Source: Octopus sinensis (lineage: Eukaryota). From it: a stretch of DNA of 22,949 nucleotides. Where the stretch lies: the NCBI RefSeq assembly GCF_006345805.1, contig NW_021836725.1, positions 1 to 22,949 of the forward strand, read 5' to 3'. Under the pieces are notes generated by a model. It searched no databases, was not told the origin of the DNA, and worked only from the letters and a program-made list of their open reading frames with translations. Shown here one piece after another: positions 20,059 through 22,949 of this stretch (its first letter is position 1; the number at the start of each line of letters is the position of its first letter). A program made the position numbers and the translations under genes.

Positions 20059-20151
20059 ATAAGATAGCATCTGTGGGTGGAAGACCATCACGATCACTCT
20101 CTCCTGTGAAATATTCGATGTATCGACAGCGAACTGGTAGGTCGGAGAAAT
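20059..20151 (-). CDS. CACNG: Internal coding exon of a TARP/voltage-gated calcium channel gamma subunit-like gene (distal first extracellular loop)
   Basis: Acceptor ttcttcttcatcttccag| at 20152, donor |gtaagt at 20058-20053; 93 nt, phase 1-1, open reading FSDLPVRCRYIEYFTGESDRDGLPPTDAIL. The C-x-x-I-E-Y-F motif resembles the second ECL1 cysteine region of CACNG proteins (recalled, e.g. CACNG5 CFTIEYV). It splices in frame (T+TA=Leu) to the 6255-6395 exon. This frame is not the one shown in the ORF track. Confidence 0.8.
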
Positions 20152-20384
20152 CTGGAAGATGAAGAAGAAATGATTACATAAAGAGTTTAGAAATATCATT
20201 AATGTATCATGCTGACGATTTCCAAAAAGAGTGAAATAGTGCTATACATGATTAAAACACACACTACAAATTAAAAAAAAAACAAACTCTGTAGTAAGTA
20301 CACAAACAAAAATTAAGTCAGTGAATTATATGTACTTTTTCCTCATAATTCCGAAATTGTAAGTGTTAAATTCCTTATCCTACC

Positions 20385-20606
20385 ACATATTATGTATATA
20401 CATACATATACATACGTATATATATATAATATATATATTATATATATATATATATTATATATGTATATATACATATATACATATACATATATATATGTAT
20501 ACATTTACACACACAACACATATATAAATATCAGTGTATATATATATGTCTATGTGTATATATATATATATATATATAAGTAATATATATGTGTGTGTGT
20601 GGTGTG

Positions 20607-20637
<31 letters not shown>

Positions 20638-20644
20638 TGTGTGT
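20385..20644. repeat. (TA)n/(TG)n microsatellites
   Basis: Direct reading. Confidence 0.95.
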
Positions 20645-20733
20645 GAAGGCGCGTGGTTTAGTGGTTGGGACATTCCGCTCATGATCGCATGGTCGTGGGT
20701 TCAATTCCCTAACCACTGGGCCATTGCGCCTCC
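20645..20733. mobile_element. SINE D head (+) fused to SINE C head (-)
   Basis: gaaggcgcgtggtttagtggtt...ggttcaattccc joined to taaccactgggccattgcgcctcc (identical to 11363-11386). Confidence 0.75.
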
Positions 20734-22759
20734 ACAATGTGTTAATAGAATTGTACTCTACGTAGATATTTCAAAATGTCTTTGAAGAAATATATTTTTA
20801 GATACAGAATGAAAGTCTGAAACGTTGAAAATCAGTCTCTATGAGAAAGATAATACAATTAATGGATACAATTCGTGAAAAGCAGAAGAAATAGTAATCG
20901 TAAACTGACTGAATATACGCTTGGAGATAGATGTAAAGGGAAGAAAAAAAAACATAGGAATAGGCGCTGAAATGGACCAAAGAGTCATCGAAGGTCAAAT
21001 GATTAAACGACAAGAATACAACAGACCCATACTGTAAAGTGGAACCAATAAGTGAATAAAAGTAAAAAGCAAATAAAAAAAAAACAAAAAATACGGAAGA
21101 AACGAAAACAAAATTCTTCAACTGAATTCCAACGGCGACGGCAGAACTGTGTCTGCGGTCAGGCCTAAAAAAGTGTGACGGAATTGTTGATGTATTAAAC
21201 TAAACATTGAAATATTGAGTCTGACACGTTAAATATATGTTATAAAAAACAGATTTTTTTTCCTGTATGTTAATAAATGGATAAAGTAATCTTTCTCCGA
21301 TGTAATAGTTAAGGTGATGTCAATATATTTAAGGTAGGGACTATTAAAATACTAACTAGAAATATCAATGGTGAGACAGTCGAACGGACAGATAGACAGA
21401 TATGGAAGTATTAACATATTTAATAAATAGACTATCAGAAGCGTAACTAGAAATATTTACGCGGTGTGATAAATATATTTTTTCTTAATATTGGAATGGT
21501 CTGGTGAAACAGAGATGCATAAATGTATAGAGAAATCCATATTTTTATTAAATTTATCAGTTAGTATTACCATATTCATTATTTTTTTCTTGATTTTAGT
21601 AAATATTATTAATTCCTCAGTGAAGCAAAAAAGTTAACCATATTCATATAATGGTTAAATACTTAAGTATATTTGTAGAGCATAAGACCGATTTGAAGAA
21701 ACGAAATGTTGCGACGTTATGAAATTGTCAAGAAAAAAAAATAATAAAAAAACCCGAAAGAAGTAAGAATACTTAATATATCATAAATATATTTATAAAT
21801 CTATCATATTCATAATATATTAATATGATATAAATATATCATATTTATAAATATATCATAAATATATTTATATAGTTTAAAATTTGTTAAGTCAAACGTA
21901 AGGTAATGGTTTATAAAACGAGATTGTAGAAAGTCATTCATAACGAAAAGTGTTCTGCAAACTTAGAGCCGAGAAGAAAACTATGGAATAATGTTATTAA
22001 CTTATTTAAACTTAGAATTGATTTCAAGTGTTTAGTTATGTTAAATAAGTAAATGAAATTGTTTGCAAAATTATGGATATTAAACTACAAAAAAACAAAA
22101 AAAAAACAAACAAAAAACAAAACAAACACAAACGCCCTCTTTCAAAATAAGTAGTAGTCGTTCAGTTAGAAGGTGTTGAAAAAAATACGTAAAAAAAAAA
22201 GGAGAGAAGTGCGAAAAATATAAACTTAATATTCGAAATTTATTATAAAACTTATTTAAGTGAATTATTTGAAATAGTTATACTAATGGACATTTTTAAA
22301 CCAAGCTAATTGTATATGATGAAAAACTACGTAAAAAAAGCAAAAACAAGATGGAGGAAACAGAAAACGAGGAAAGAAAAATCTGTACGAACGAGAAAAA
22401 CAAGTAAAATACAAGTAAAGATCAAAAATAATGTACATCTGGAAAATCTTCATTTTCCGACACGTGTATCTATATGTTTTTTCTTTACATTTTAACCTAA
22501 CCTCTTAATTGTTTTTGCTTAATTTCTTGACTGTGGTGGTGATGAGGCACCGCCCCGGAGAGTCTAGCACGAGTTGGTGCTGAACGATTCCTGGCTTTAA
22601 GGGCATCGTGAAAGGCCTGGTTGGAGGCCAAACCTTCCGAGTTCTTTTACAGGGCTTAGAAAAACAGAAAAACTGCTGCAATGAATGAGTGTATCTAAGA
22701 CGAGAACATGTTGAAGTAAATCATGATTAACTGATCCTCGGCACCCCTCGTGTGTATAT

Positions 22760-22940
22760 ATATAGATATAGATCGCTAACCACTACACATTCTTTATTTT
22801 CTCTCCTTGTTTCTTTCTGTGGAAGAGCGTAGGCTCGAAACGTTAAAGACTTTTTCACTTCTCGAGCGTTAAACTAAAACATCTGTTTATTGTCTACACC
22901 ACCTGTCTTCTGTTTTTTATTTGTGAATTCTTCCTATATA
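22760..22940 (+). mobile_element. Probable Penelope-type terminal-repeat fragment with degenerate hammerhead (22812-22849)
   Basis: tcttt-CTGTGGA-a-GAG-cgtagg-CTC-GAA-AC-GT-T-aaaga: 5-bp stem I, 3-bp stem II, ACGU stem III; A6 and H17 mutated. Confidence 0.5.
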
Positions 22941-22949
22941 TATAACAAT

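Noticed and set aside
19843-20199. 118-aa ORF from the track overlapping the 93-nt exon
   Set aside because: The TARP-like motif and compatible phases are in a different frame; this frame shows no recognisable homology.
20798-21121. Hydrophobic 107-aa ORF, with GLLYSC (claudin-like) in another frame
   Set aside because: T-rich composition explains the hydrophobicity; GLLYSC is followed by an early stop with no good donor.
22520-22752. GC-richer segment ending in a mariner-like CACGAGGGG on minus
   Set aside because: No matching second TIR or transposase similarity was found.

Overview
AT-rich, microsatellite-dense animal genomic DNA, most likely octopus (judged from recalled SINE families, not a database search). 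The window lies inside a minus-strand TARP/CACNG (stargazin-like, claudin-superfamily) gene. Two phase-1/phase-1 coding exons are supported, 20059-20151 (93 nt) and 6255-6395 (141 nt), joined by a 13.7-kb intron; the first and last exons appear to lie outside the window. A 15-nt frame-preserving micro-exon candidate (20007-20021) sits only 37 nt from the upstream exon. The introns hold at least four tRNA-derived SINE families, a decayed RTE LINE piece, a C2H2 zinc-finger remnant, a Tc1/mariner-type MITE and a decayed Penelope-like element (RT + GIY-YIG). They also contain several Penelope-type terminal-repeat fragments carrying minimal hammerhead ribozyme motifs. One of these has an intact CUGAUGA core on the gene's sense strand, and several sit in fold-back (inverted) structures. 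Most ORFs in the supplied track are microsatellite artefacts.
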